A stretch of DNA of 64,000 nucleotides, from NCBI GenBank assembly GCA_965218095.1, contig OZ244587.1, forward strand, positions 1,472,001 through 1,536,000. Reading direction: 5' to 3'. Origin of the DNA: Candidatus Poribacteria bacterium (GTDB lineage: Bacteria; Poribacteria; WGA-4E; PCPOR2b). How positions within the stretch are numbered: the stretch's first letter is position 1; the number at the start of each line of letters is the position of its first letter. Of the stretch, positions 1 through 8,852 are shown one piece after another. Both the position numbers and the translations under genes were made by a program. The notes below the pieces were generated by a model. That model was not told the DNA's origin, made no database searches, and saw nothing but the letters and a program-made list of their open reading frames with translations.

Positions 1-74
1 CGACGCCTCCCTTAAAATGTAAAGTTTATTTTTTAGGACTTACGCAGTTGAACGCTCAAAGCCAACCCCCCTGT

Positions 75-197
75 CCCCCTTATCAGGGGGGTAGTTCGGC
101 GGTTCATCCCCGGGCAGTATAACGCCTGGTGCCCGATGAATCGGGCAACTACAATTTGGGGTGAGCGCATGTTTCTTAATCCCGATCTTGCATCGGG
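75..197. repeat. Cluster of short REP-like palindromes, including an inverted GTAG-type doublet
   Basis: GTAGTTCGGCGGTTCATCCCCG (91-112) faces the reverse complement of GTAGTTGCCCGATTCATCGGGC (131-152). Also CCCCCTTATCAGGGGG (75-90) and CCCGATCTTGCATCGGG (181-197). Confidence 0.65.
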
Positions 198-488
198 GTA
201 AATTTTTGATTTACCTAGCGAACCCCCTGAAGTGCGTAAGTCCTGTTCTTGAAACTTGCTTACCGATGCGTGGACAAAGCGTCGAGGCAAGAATGCCTCT
301 CTCACAGCCGACCTAACCCCCACTAGACGGTTATGATAATCACGATGTCACAAATTGTCACATATTTTATCGGATGCGGTCGTTGAGGCAAGGATGCCTT
401 TTCCACAACCTACGGGGAGAAGCTAACCCCGGTCAAACTTTCCGCTTGCTGCAACTGTGCCTCTAGCAGACAGTTTTGATAATTACGA

Positions 489-536
489 TGTCACAATATA
501 TCACAAATCGTCACATCAATGTGATATATTGTGACA
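489..536. repeat. Perfect 17-bp inverted repeat with 10-bp-phased TCACA motifs
   Basis: TGTCACAATATATCACA (489-505) and TGTGATATATTGTGACA (520-536), 14-nt spacer. A related segment occurs at about 335-365. Confidence 0.8.
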
Positions 537-590
537 CCGGCAGGCTTTGAGTTAAAAGTGCGGCTTTTTATCCTTGCTGTCTCCATCAAG

Positions 591-785
591 TTATTTCCTT
601 TCTAAGGTGGCAACTTGGGTTAATCTACCATTTCTCAAATCCGTCATTTTGGATCGAGTCATTCCCCGATTTTCAATCAGGCGATTGATCTTTGATGCTA
701 GTTTGACTTTAGCCAATTCTTCATCAGGATTGGGGAAACCTAAGTCCTTAAAGATGTTTCCTGAACTGATTGTATAGTCTGCCAT
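591..785 (-). pseudogene. Degenerate XRE/HigA-like helix-turn-helix protein
   Basis: SSGNIFKDLG..PDEEL..KLA..I..RGMT matches the HTH_37-type N-terminus, but the first HTH helix and the C-terminus appear to be missing (64 aa). Confidence 0.6.
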
Positions 786-845
786 TTTTTGCTTTCGGTT
801 TCCCCCTCTTGATAGAACTGGATGATTTCAATTCTAGGTTTCTTC

Positions 846-1631
846 TCATAGCTCCCCCTCACCATTTGCCTGTGAGTTAAGGAAGTTGTCAATTTCTTTC
901 AATAACGTCGTCTTCTCCGTTTCATAATTGGCGATGATGTCCTCCGGGATTGATCTGTTATGTGCCACGCAATTTCTCAACTGCTCAATCCACTCGACTT
1001 GATTCTCTAAACTTGCCAAAAAATCAATGTATTGCTTTCCTATGATCGGATTGCAATCGTTGAGCTTTTTATACTGCCTGAACACTAAATGAAAGAACTC
1101 ATTTTCATAAGACTCATTCATCAGTTTTGCAGTACGTCGTGGAGGGGGGGTAACAGGATCAATATTGGTCTCGTTTAAGAAGTCGTAAAAATCTTTGCCA
1201 TAGGTATCAATGAAAATCAGGGAAAGGGCTTCTCGTAGTTTCATTTCGATTTCAAAGATTTCTTTTCCGTAATCACGAAGCGTGCGCTGCAATTGTGGAT
1301 CATTCAGTTTCAGCAGATGCTTGATCCTTTCGTCAGTGCAATCCGCAGTGCAATCTGCTACGAATTCGCTGAAGTTGTTGATTAAATCTTCCATTTGTTC
1401 CTCTGCGCTATCAAATGTTATCGAAAATCCGCAGGTCCAGCGACCATCTTCTCGTGTCGTGGTGTGGCGGATAGTAATATGCTGCTCTAGTTCCTCGACT
1501 CCCGGCGGTTCATCGTCGATAGCTGCCAACGCACTCTTTAACATTTCCGTTAAAAGTTCTATCAACCCCATCTCACCAGATAGACCGATCTCGCTAGAAC
1601 ATACAACAAGGTAATCTACCGTCACGGACAT
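846..1631 (-). CDS. HEPN (Swt1-like) domain protein coupled to the RM locus
   Basis: C-terminal half has FEIEMKLRE and the RxxxxH motif RNCVAH. The ATG lies 1 nt after the S-frame stop. Confidence 0.7.
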   Translation of the reverse strand: MSVTVDYLVVCSSEIGLSGEMGLIELLTEMLKSALAAIDDEPPGVEELEQHITIRHTTTREDGRWTCGFSITFDSAEEQMEDLINNFSEFVADCTADCTDERIKHLLKLNDPQLQRTLRDYGKEIFEIEMKLREALSLIFIDTYGKDFYDFLNETNIDPVTPPPRRTAKLMNESYENEFFHLVFRQYKKLNDCNPIIGKQYIDFLASLENQVEWIEQLRNCVAHNRSIPEDIIANYETEKTTLLKEIDNFLNSQANGEGEL

Positions 1632-1632
1632 C

Positions 1633-3078
1633 TCAGGATACCTCCCTGCTCAAAAGCTGTGCTTCAAATTGTGCCTTCGCGGCTTCCCATTCCTCCGTGG
1701 CTTCTTGTTTGAGTTTTTCCGCTTTCGTGAGGCGTTGTTTGACGTCTGCAACGATTTCGTTTTGAACCTCAATCGGTGGAAGAATAACCTTTAGGGATTT
1801 CAAGGCTTTATAGTCCAGAGCGGGGCGAGTTCCACCCGTCACTTCCCTAATTGCCAGAGATCTACCAAGTTCAGAGTTAAGAAAAGCCGCAACATAATGC
1901 GGGTTGATATTGACGTTTGCAATTTGTTCTTTAAGATGGAATCGAACAGAGTGCTGATTTATATTCCCTTCAAAGTTATCCGGTACAACCGAGACGCTCC
2001 CGATTCGCCCTGTTATCGTAAACACCAGATCATCTTTTTTAAGTTGCGAACGACAAAGCATTCCCTCATGAACTTCTCTCTTGATGAACTTTGCATCACT
2101 CAAATCAATTCCCTGACTTGTAACATTTTGGACTCTCAAAAACGGGATACCAGATGAATCTGTGTAATAATCTTCGTCCACCTTTGGAGTGACTCCAGTA
2201 GAGATGTCTCTTATCAACATGCCCAAATTGAAAACATCAGACCGTGCACTTTCAACGATTTGGTCAATGGTTCTAAATTTGGATTGGTAGTAATACGAAT
2301 CAACCCGCCTCCCCACCGTTTCATTGGCGCGAACCGCAAAGCACTTCTTTTCCTCAACAACCGGCATCTCAATCCCCAATTCCGCCAGCACATAACCATC
2401 AATTGAATTCAAAAGCGTGTCCGCCTCTTTTAGTTTCTGCTCTCGTGCTTTTCGTGCCTCTTGCATCTGTGAAACAAGAGCGTGCTCAAATTCTACCTTG
2501 GGGATTTGAACCGAAGCAACATCTTCAGTTATAATTTTACCCTGGACCTGTCCGCTTTGGTTTCTCTCAAGTTGAAGTGCTCCTAGAGTACTGGACAGGA
2601 AGAACTGGATATAGGTTGGATCAAGATCAGCAACCCGTCGAATCGCAATCAGATTCGCTGATATGTTCCAAACTGGATAGGTTGAAGGAATAACAGCAGA
2701 GATTCCAAGTGTACCCCGCTGGGATATTACGAGATCACCTGGTTTGACCTGCGTTGAATTTAGTGAATTCGCTTTTTTCTCCGAAAGAAAAATGAGTGCT
2801 TTTTCATCGATCGTGCCTTCCATTGTGATGTTTGAAATACGGACAAGAGGAATGCCAGTCTCCTGATATTCGGCGGAAGTGATAGCTGACCCAAATGGAC
2901 CGCATATAACTTCCGAATAAAAATCAAGGCGTTGGATGTCTGGAAAGCGTCTCCGAATCTTGTTTATCAAGATCTGATATTTTGGAAGATGGTAATGGTA
3001 ATCTGCCCGTTTTGTTACTTCGCCCCGCCGAACCGCAAAGTGCTGTAGCTCTCCCTCAGCGGCGGGGCTTAGACGAAA
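1633..3078 (-). CDS. hsdS: RM specificity (S) subunit with two TRDs; frame probably entered by -1 frameshift (first in-frame start codon is TTG at 2970)
   Basis: Two repeats of GIP.(V/L)R..N, GDLV/DDLV...G..G and IP/LPP plus helical spacer. Frame is open from 3096 to 1633 with no ATG/GTG/TTG until 2970. Confidence 0.85.
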   Translation of the reverse strand, partial: FRLSPAAEGELQHFAVRRGEVTKRADYHYHLPKYQILINKIRRRFPDIQRLDFYSEVICGPFGSAITSAEYQETGIPLVRISNITMEGTIDEKALIFLSEKKANSLNSTQVKPGDLVISQRGTLGISAVIPSTYPVWNISANLIAIRRVADLDPTYIQFFLSSTLGALQLERNQSGQVQGKIITEDVASVQIPKVEFEHALVSQMQEARKAREQKLKEADTLLNSIDGYVLAELGIEMPVVEEKKCFAVRANETVGRRVDSYYYQSKFRTIDQIVESARSDVFNLGMLIRDISTGVTPKVDEDYYTDSSGIPFLRVQNVTSQGIDLSDAKFIKREVHEGMLCRSQLKKDDLVFTITGRIGSVSVVPDNFEGNINQHSVRFHLKEQIANVNINPHYVAAFLNSELGRSLAIREVTGGTRPALDYKALKSLKVILPPIEVQNEIVADVKQRLTKAEKLKQEATEEWEAAKAQFEAQLLSREVS

Positions 3079-3081
3079 AAA
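3022..3081 (-). promoter_or_regulatory. Putative -1 programmed ribosomal frameshift cassette
   Basis: mRNA U_UUU_UUC (3081-3075) in the RM frame, 6-nt spacer GUCUAA, perfect 9-bp stem GCCCCGCCG (3068-3060) / CGGCGGGGC (3030-3022). Confidence 0.75.
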
Positions 3082-4874
3082 GGTTCGGGATTCTTTTCAA
3101 ATACCCGGTACTGCCTCACCACCTCCGGGAGTTGATTCTCAGTTTCACGTCCGGTGGCGTTATAGCCAATCAACTCCGGTGCTGCCATGAAAATGGCTTC
3201 GTCGTCGCTCAGCTTCTCACCGTCGTCGCGTCTGCGGAGAAAAACGATGCTCGCTTTTACGCCCGCCCCGAAATGGGCAAAGGTCATTTGTGGTAGGCTT
3301 ACGATGGCGTTAATCTGGAAACGTTCCAACAGAAAGTCGCGTACCTCTTGCAGCGAGGAGTTAGTTAAAATTCCGTCGGGTATGATGACGGCTGCACGTC
3401 CGGTGCCGGGTTTGAGAAAATCCCAGATACGTTCAATAAAGAGGATCTCGGTCCGCTGGTTTTTGCGAGGTCTCTTGTGCCCGGCTTTATTCATCTGATT
3501 CCCCAACTCATAGTCCTCAAGATAGGGGTGTTCAGACAGTGACACCTTTGCCCCGAAAGGTGGGTTTGTCAAAATCAGGTCAAAGTACCCTTCTTTGAAC
3601 TCGTTGTTACCTGTTCTCTCACGGATGCGGTCGAACTCTTGCAGTGCGTCTGCGCTGATGACGTTGGTGTGACCGTCGTCGTGGAGAATCATGTTCATTT
3701 TAGCAACGCGTGCAATCTCTTCGTTGACCTCAATCCCGAAAAGCTGATCTTTAGCGAAATCATGCCAATGCTTAGAACGTTTTCCTTGATCGTCGTGATA
3801 ATCCTTTGCTCCTTTGCGAACATCGTTGAGTGCATGGAGTAGGAATCCACCCGAACCGCAAGCTGGATCCAATACGCGTTCATAGTGTTGGGGCTGCATC
3901 ATCTGGACCGCAAAATCAATGATTTCCCGCGGGGTGAAATACTGACCGAAATGGCCCTTGAAAAAGCCGTCCATAAACGTTTCAAATGCCAACCCTTTTG
4001 TATCAAGATCTGTGTCGGAGAGGTTAATCCCCTCAATGTGGGAGACAATGGTGCGGAGTGTTGGGGCGTCGATCTTGATGGTATCGGTGAAAACATCAGG
4101 TTCCCTCCGCTGCTGCACCTCATAGATTGACCGGATGCGCTCGTAGAGTTTGCTACTCGGCTCATGTGTCTTAATCTGAAATTCGTAAGGTTCGCCCTTT
4201 TTCTTATTTACTTCGTCATTGATTTTGACGAAGATAATTTTACACAGCTCGCCGAAAGCCTCGGGAGGCGAGAGTCTACCGCCTCCCCAAAGGGTCTGAT
4301 GGCATTTCTTGATCGTAGCAATGAGCACCTCTTTGGTGACATCGGAAATATCGTTTTGGGTTCCTTTCCAAAAACGGAATTTCTCCGGTTTACCATACTG
4401 TTGGGGAAGGTCTGCGACGATATTCGCCTCGCGTTCAAGAATCCCATATTTCGGAGAGAAATCGAGGAATCGCCGTGTCTGACCGGCGACCACCCCAACA
4501 AAGTTTGCACGAAACTTGGCCCATGCGCCGTTGCCACAAGCCTGCTCAACCGCTTGATCGAATTCCGAATCGGTGATGTCATCGCGCTTGCACTCAATCA
4601 CGGCATAGGGACGCTTCCGTTCGTCATCGCGAAAAACGACCAGATCAGCGATGTCCCTCGGGGTCCGGTCAGGCACCGTTACTTCAACCCGGATACGGTT
4701 CGGTTCATAGCCGTAGCGGTAGATTAGTTCCGCCCAATATTCCGCTCTAACTTTCTCTTCGGGGTCAGCGTATTTTTCTGTGCGGTTAATCGCAACATAG
4801 GTAATCTTTTCAGCGTTCCCCTTGCCCGAAAGATGTGCATCTCCATTTTTAAGTGCTTTCTCCAAGTAGGTCAT
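3069..4874 (-). CDS. Fused restriction endonuclease/N6-adenine methyltransferase (HSDR_N-type nuclease + N6_Mtase; Type IIB/IIG-like RM subunit)
   Basis: N-terminal PEEKVR..ADLVV..IECK PD-(D/E)xK motif; GQYFTPR, motif I DPACGSGG, motif IV NPPF. SD AGGAG upstream. Confidence 0.9.
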   Translation of the reverse strand: MTYLEKALKNGDAHLSGKGNAEKITYVAINRTEKYADPEEKVRAEYWAELIYRYGYEPNRIRVEVTVPDRTPRDIADLVVFRDDERKRPYAVIECKRDDITDSEFDQAVEQACGNGAWAKFRANFVGVVAGQTRRFLDFSPKYGILEREANIVADLPQQYGKPEKFRFWKGTQNDISDVTKEVLIATIKKCHQTLWGGGRLSPPEAFGELCKIIFVKINDEVNKKKGEPYEFQIKTHEPSSKLYERIRSIYEVQQRREPDVFTDTIKIDAPTLRTIVSHIEGINLSDTDLDTKGLAFETFMDGFFKGHFGQYFTPREIIDFAVQMMQPQHYERVLDPACGSGGFLLHALNDVRKGAKDYHDDQGKRSKHWHDFAKDQLFGIEVNEEIARVAKMNMILHDDGHTNVISADALQEFDRIRERTGNNEFKEGYFDLILTNPPFGAKVSLSEHPYLEDYELGNQMNKAGHKRPRKNQRTEILFIERIWDFLKPGTGRAAVIIPDGILTNSSLQEVRDFLLERFQINAIVSLPQMTFAHFGAGVKASIVFLRRRDDGEKLSDDEAIFMAAPELIGYNATGRETENQLPEVVRQYRVFEKNPEPFFV

Positions 4875-4982
4875 GTTTTTCTCCTGTAGGTGTGGGATAG
4901 GTACATTGCAGTCATGCAGTTAAAAAATATCACGAACTTCAATTTGTGTCAAGGGCAAACAGAGAAGTACGCATCTTTAGGT

Positions 4983-5011
4983 TTGCAAGATTCAGTCGGG
5001 CTTGCTATAAT
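4983..5011 (+). promoter_or_regulatory. Sigma70-type promoter of pduO
   Basis: TTGCAA-17 nt-TATAAT with extended -10 TG. Confidence 0.7.
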
Positions 5012-5039
5012 GAAATACCAAGGAGGTGGAAGCTGCAGA

Positions 5040-5606
5040 ATGAAAATCTATACCAAAACCGGCGATGGCGGCGAAACAGGACTTTATGGCGGAACACGGA
5101 TTCCCAAGGATTCTATGCGTGTTGAGGCTTACGGAACGATTGATGAGCTCAACGCCTGCATTGGATTGGCGCAATCACAGATCCAAGATGCGGAGCTCTG
5201 CGCAATTCTCCACCGTATTCAGAATGAACTCTTTGATCTCGGGGCAGACCTCGCGACACTGGATGCGCATCCGAAAGCGGATAATCTGAGACTCACATCC
5301 GATTCGACCGCTTCACTCGAAAGAGAGATTGATCAGTTTCAAGCAGAACTCCCGGCGATGACCCATTTCATTTTGCCCAGTGGTTCGCCGGGGGCGGCGG
5401 CACTGCACCTCACCCGAGCTGTCTGTCGTCGTGGTGAGCGGTGTGTTGTCCGTCTTGCCAAAACAGAGACGGTTAATCCAGAGATCTTGCGCTACCTGAA
5501 TCGGCTTTCCGATCTGCTGTTTGTCCTTGCCCGCCTGGTTAACCGTCGTTCAGACGCCTATGAACCGTTTTGGAGTTCACCTTTGGAGCGCGCGAAATCC
5601 AAATAG
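5040..5606 (+). CDS. pduO: ATP:cob(I)alamin adenosyltransferase, PduO type
   Basis: MKIYTKTGDGGET, EAYGTIDELN, RAVCRRGER and YLNRLSDLLF motifs. Start moved to ATG 5040 after AGGAGG. Confidence 0.93.
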   Translation: MKIYTKTGDGGETGLYGGTRIPKDSMRVEAYGTIDELNACIGLAQSQIQDAELCAILHRIQNELFDLGADLATLDAHPKADNLRLTSDSTASLEREIDQFQAELPAMTHFILPSGSPGAAALHLTRAVCRRGERCVVRLAKTETVNPEILRYLNRLSDLLFVLARLVNRRSDAYEPFWSSPLERAKSK

Positions 5607-5665
5607 GTAAATCGGCGAATAAGCAAAATTAGCAAAGCTTCAATTCGCAAGGAAGGAGTGATTTT

Positions 5666-6423
5666 ATGCGGCTGAAAGATAAGGCAGCCATTATCACCGG
5701 TGCAGGTAGAGGCATCGGTAAAACAACCGCAATTCGCTTTGCGGAGGAAGGGGCGAAGGTTGTCGTTGATGACGTGAACCCAGAGATTGGAAACGCAACT
5801 GTCGAGCAAATCATTCCACAGGTGGAGAGGCGATTTTTGTTCGTGCAGATGTCTCGTCTCAGGAGGAAGTGGCGGCGCTTGTTTCGGGGACAATCGAAAC
5901 CTTTGGGCAGGTGAATGTTCTAGTCAACAACGCGCTCTGCTCGACGGAGGATGTTGTCAACAACAATTGGGACGCTAACTTGAACGTTGCGCTTCGCGGC
6001 ACAGATTTATGCTCGCAGGCCGTGATTCTAGAGATGCAAAAGATTGGTGGCGGAAGCATCATCAATATCGCGTCGGTCAATGGGTTAATCGGCTTGCAAG
6101 GCATCCACGCCTACGCCGCCGCCAAAGGTGGGGTCATTTCGCTGACCCGATCACTGGCGGTGTGGCATGGCAGAGACAATATCCGTGTCAACTGTATCTG
6201 CCCCGGCACCATTCAAACGGAAGTGTGGGAGCCAATCATCGCAAAGAATCCGCAGATCTTCGACGAAATCACGCCCTGGTATCCACTTGGTCGGATCGGG
6301 AAGCCGATTGACATTGCGAATGCCGCGCTGTTCCTTGCGTCTGACGAATCTTCGTTTGCAACCGGGGCAACATTCGTGATTGACGGTGGACTCACGGCGG
6401 GATTACATCGGTTTCCGTTGTAG
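5666..6423 (+). pseudogene. Short-chain dehydrogenase/reductase, frameshifted near 5810-5820
   Basis: TGAGRGIG is in one frame; [22 protein letters not shown] and IDGG are in another. Confidence 0.8.
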
Positions 6424-6505
6424 CCCAGAGAAAGGAGGGACTTGCTACGGCATCAAACACATCTCATTAATCCCAAACAAACTGGACTAACAGGAAGGAG
6501 CAAGT

Positions 6506-7642
6506 ATGAAAAACTCAAAAATAGATTGCATTGAATGGGCACAGCTTACCGGTCAACGTCCGCGGGAAGCTGGGTGCAACTCACGTCTTAAGGTACACGG
6601 ACTGCATGTCAGGCCCCCCATTGCCCGTGTCACCACCGACGACGGTGCGATGGGCTTTGGTTGGTCACGCATCACCGAGGCTCAAGCCAAAGCGCTTGTC
6701 GGCTTGAACTTGAGCGAGGCTTTCGATTCGGCGGATGGCGTCAGTGAACAATTCCGCGTGCTTGAATACCCGATTTGGGACCTCGCAGGGCAACTCGCCG
6801 GAAAGCCGGTATATGCGCTGCTCGGTGGTCAGGTAGGCGATGATGGTGTTTTTCGCGCCCGCTGTTACGACACCTCGCTGTACATTGATGACCTGCATCT
6901 CGAAGATGACGGTGAGGCAGCCGCACTCATTGCCTCCGAAGCGCTGGAAGGTGCGGCGCGGGGTCATACGGCATTCAAAATTAAGGTAGGACGCGGGGCG
7001 ATGCACGTGCCACTCGAAAAAGGAACGCATCGAGATGTTCTCGTGATTCGTGCCGTCCGGGAAGCTGTTGGCCCCGATGCAACGATTCTAATCGATGCCA
7101 ATAACGGCTACAACTTGAACCTTACAAAGCGAGTGTTGAGCGAAACCGCCGATGTGGGCGTCTACTGGATGGAGGAGGCATTCCACGAGGATGCGAGCTT
7201 CTACGCCAATCTGAAAGAATGGCTCAATTCGGAGGGGTTAAAGACCCGGATCGCCGATGGGGAAGGCGGCGCCTCACTCCGGCTGCTCGATTGGGCAGAG
7301 GAGGGGTTGATCGATATTGTGCAATATGACATCTTCCACCCCGGCTTCTCCCGCTGGCTTGAGCTTGGGCCGCAGCTCGACGAGTGGAACGTCGGTTCAG
7401 CGCCACACCATTATGGCGGGCATTACGGCAATTATGCGGCATGCCATCTTGCTGCGGCAATCCAAGGCTTTGAGTTTGTCGAATGGGACGAAGCCGAAAC
7501 GCCCGGTTTGGACGCCTCTGGGTATTCGATTTCCGATGGTTATGTCAAGGTCTCCAAGCTGCCCGGCTTTGGTCTCAGCCTTGATGAGGCGATCTACGCT
7601 CGCGCCGTCAAAGAGAATGGATTTGTTGTGCGCGGAACGTGA
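6506..7642 (+). CDS. Mandelate racemase/muconate lactonizing enzyme family (enolase superfamily)
   Basis: KIKVG, IDANNG, WMEE, ADGE and PGFG motifs. Confidence 0.85.
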   Translation: MKNSKIDCIEWAQLTGQRPREAGCNSRLKVHGLHVRPPIARVTTDDGAMGFGWSRITEAQAKALVGLNLSEAFDSADGVSEQFRVLEYPIWDLAGQLAGKPVYALLGGQVGDDGVFRARCYDTSLYIDDLHLEDDGEAAALIASEALEGAARGHTAFKIKVGRGAMHVPLEKGTHRDVLVIRAVREAVGPDATILIDANNGYNLNLTKRVLSETADVGVYWMEEAFHEDASFYANLKEWLNSEGLKTRIADGEGGASLRLLDWAEEGLIDIVQYDIFHPGFSRWLELGPQLDEWNVGSAPHHYGGHYGNYAACHLAAAIQGFEFVEWDEAETPGLDASGYSISDGYVKVSKLPGFGLSLDEAIYARAVKENGFVVRGT

Positions 7643-7920
7643 TGCGTGAGATGAAAAATGTGCACTATTTTGAAAGGCATGTTATAATTTGACTTTGTAT
7701 GAGATAATCGGCAGATCCACTGCTGGCTCCGGTGCTGGCGCTTCGCACCGAGCATCCTCGACCTTCGGGCTGCAGGTCCCCCAACCAAAGACCGCAGTAG
7801 TCAATGGTTAGCCCCTTCTATTTGAATTAGTTTCTTGACTTAAGCCTTGTTCCTGCTCATACCAGTGATTCAACCCACACTTGCTTCCTTTCGTATCTTT
7901 GCCCTTCCTTAAAAATGAAG

Positions 7921-8001
7921 TTGACAAACTGCAAAAAATAGATTACCATATACTAATTATAAATTTAGGAGTGACTAAATATAAATTTTGGATAGCCAAG
8001 A
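7921..8001 (+). promoter_or_regulatory. Promoter with tandem DtxR/MntR-like operators
   Basis: TTGACA-17-TACCAT; palindrome ATTTAG-N6-CTAAAT (7963-7980) and a second copy TTTTGG-ATAG-CCAAGA 22 bp downstream. Confidence 0.7.
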
Positions 8002-8670
8002 ATGATAACCTATGCGATGGAAGATTATCTAAAGACGATCTATCTTCTGCAAAAAGATCAGGAGAAAGTTTCTACCACTGCGATTGCCCAACAAATGAAC
8101 GTCTCAGCCGCATCTGTCACGGGCATGATCAGAAAGCTGGGATCGATGGGACTGCTCAATTACACATCTTATCAAGGCGTTGAATTGACAAAAGGTGGGA
8201 AAAAAATCGCTCAAGAGATTATTCGCCATCACCGGTTACTGGAACTTTATCTCGTTGAAATCATGGGATTTACCTGGGACAAAGTGCACGATGAGGCAGA
8301 TAAACTGGAACATGTTATTTCCGAGGAGTTTGAGGAAAAGATGAGCGAGGCGTTGGGGCATCCGACAACCGACCCACATGGACACGCCATCCCAGCAAAG
8401 GATGGAGCGCTCCAAGAAGTCGCTCATGAAACGCTAGTGGAAGTCGATGCAGGGAGTTCTGCCACCGTTCAGCATGTCAATGATAGTAATCCCGATATGC
8501 TGCGTTATCTCGATCAGTTGGGCATCCTGCCGGGCACCGTTGTTCAAGTTGTGGCGAAAGAACCTTTTAACGGTCCGTTGCGTTTGAGGATTGACCAAAC
8601 CGAACACTTTGTTGGCCGTGAAGTCGCAGGAAACGTGTTCGTAGAAGTGTCTCGAAAGAAGGCACATTGA
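8002..8670 (+). CDS. DtxR/MntR-family metal-dependent repressor with C-terminal FeoA domain
   Basis: MEDYLKTIY, RHHRLLELYL, EADKLEHVIS and DPHGHAIP motifs. Confidence 0.93.
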   Translation: MITYAMEDYLKTIYLLQKDQEKVSTTAIAQQMNVSAASVTGMIRKLGSMGLLNYTSYQGVELTKGGKKIAQEIIRHHRLLELYLVEIMGFTWDKVHDEADKLEHVISEEFEEKMSEALGHPTTDPHGHAIPAKDGALQEVAHETLVEVDAGSSATVQHVNDSNPDMLRYLDQLGILPGTVVQVVAKEPFNGPLRLRIDQTEHFVGREVAGNVFVEVSRKKAH

Positions 8671-8852
8671 CGGAAAACACAGAACTTATAGCGAGTAAAA
8701 CGCGCGCTTCTCCCGTCAGCCTCAACGAAGGGATCTCTTGCACCTTAATGAGGGGATTCTTCACTGCGCTCTATTAGACTTCCAAGAAACTACCTGCAAT
8801 GAGTTCACAGAAAAGGTAAATTCTAAATTTTACTTTTATGGGGGAGTTGAAT

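Noticed and set aside
2968-2970. TTG 2970 as the true start of the S subunit
   Set aside because: No SD upstream, and it would drop about 35 in-frame codons that match the protein's own internal repeat.
5810-5822. Programmed frameshift in the SDR gene (and in the IsdG-like gene at about 25745)
   Set aside because: No canonical slippery heptamer with a downstream stem; simple indels are more likely.
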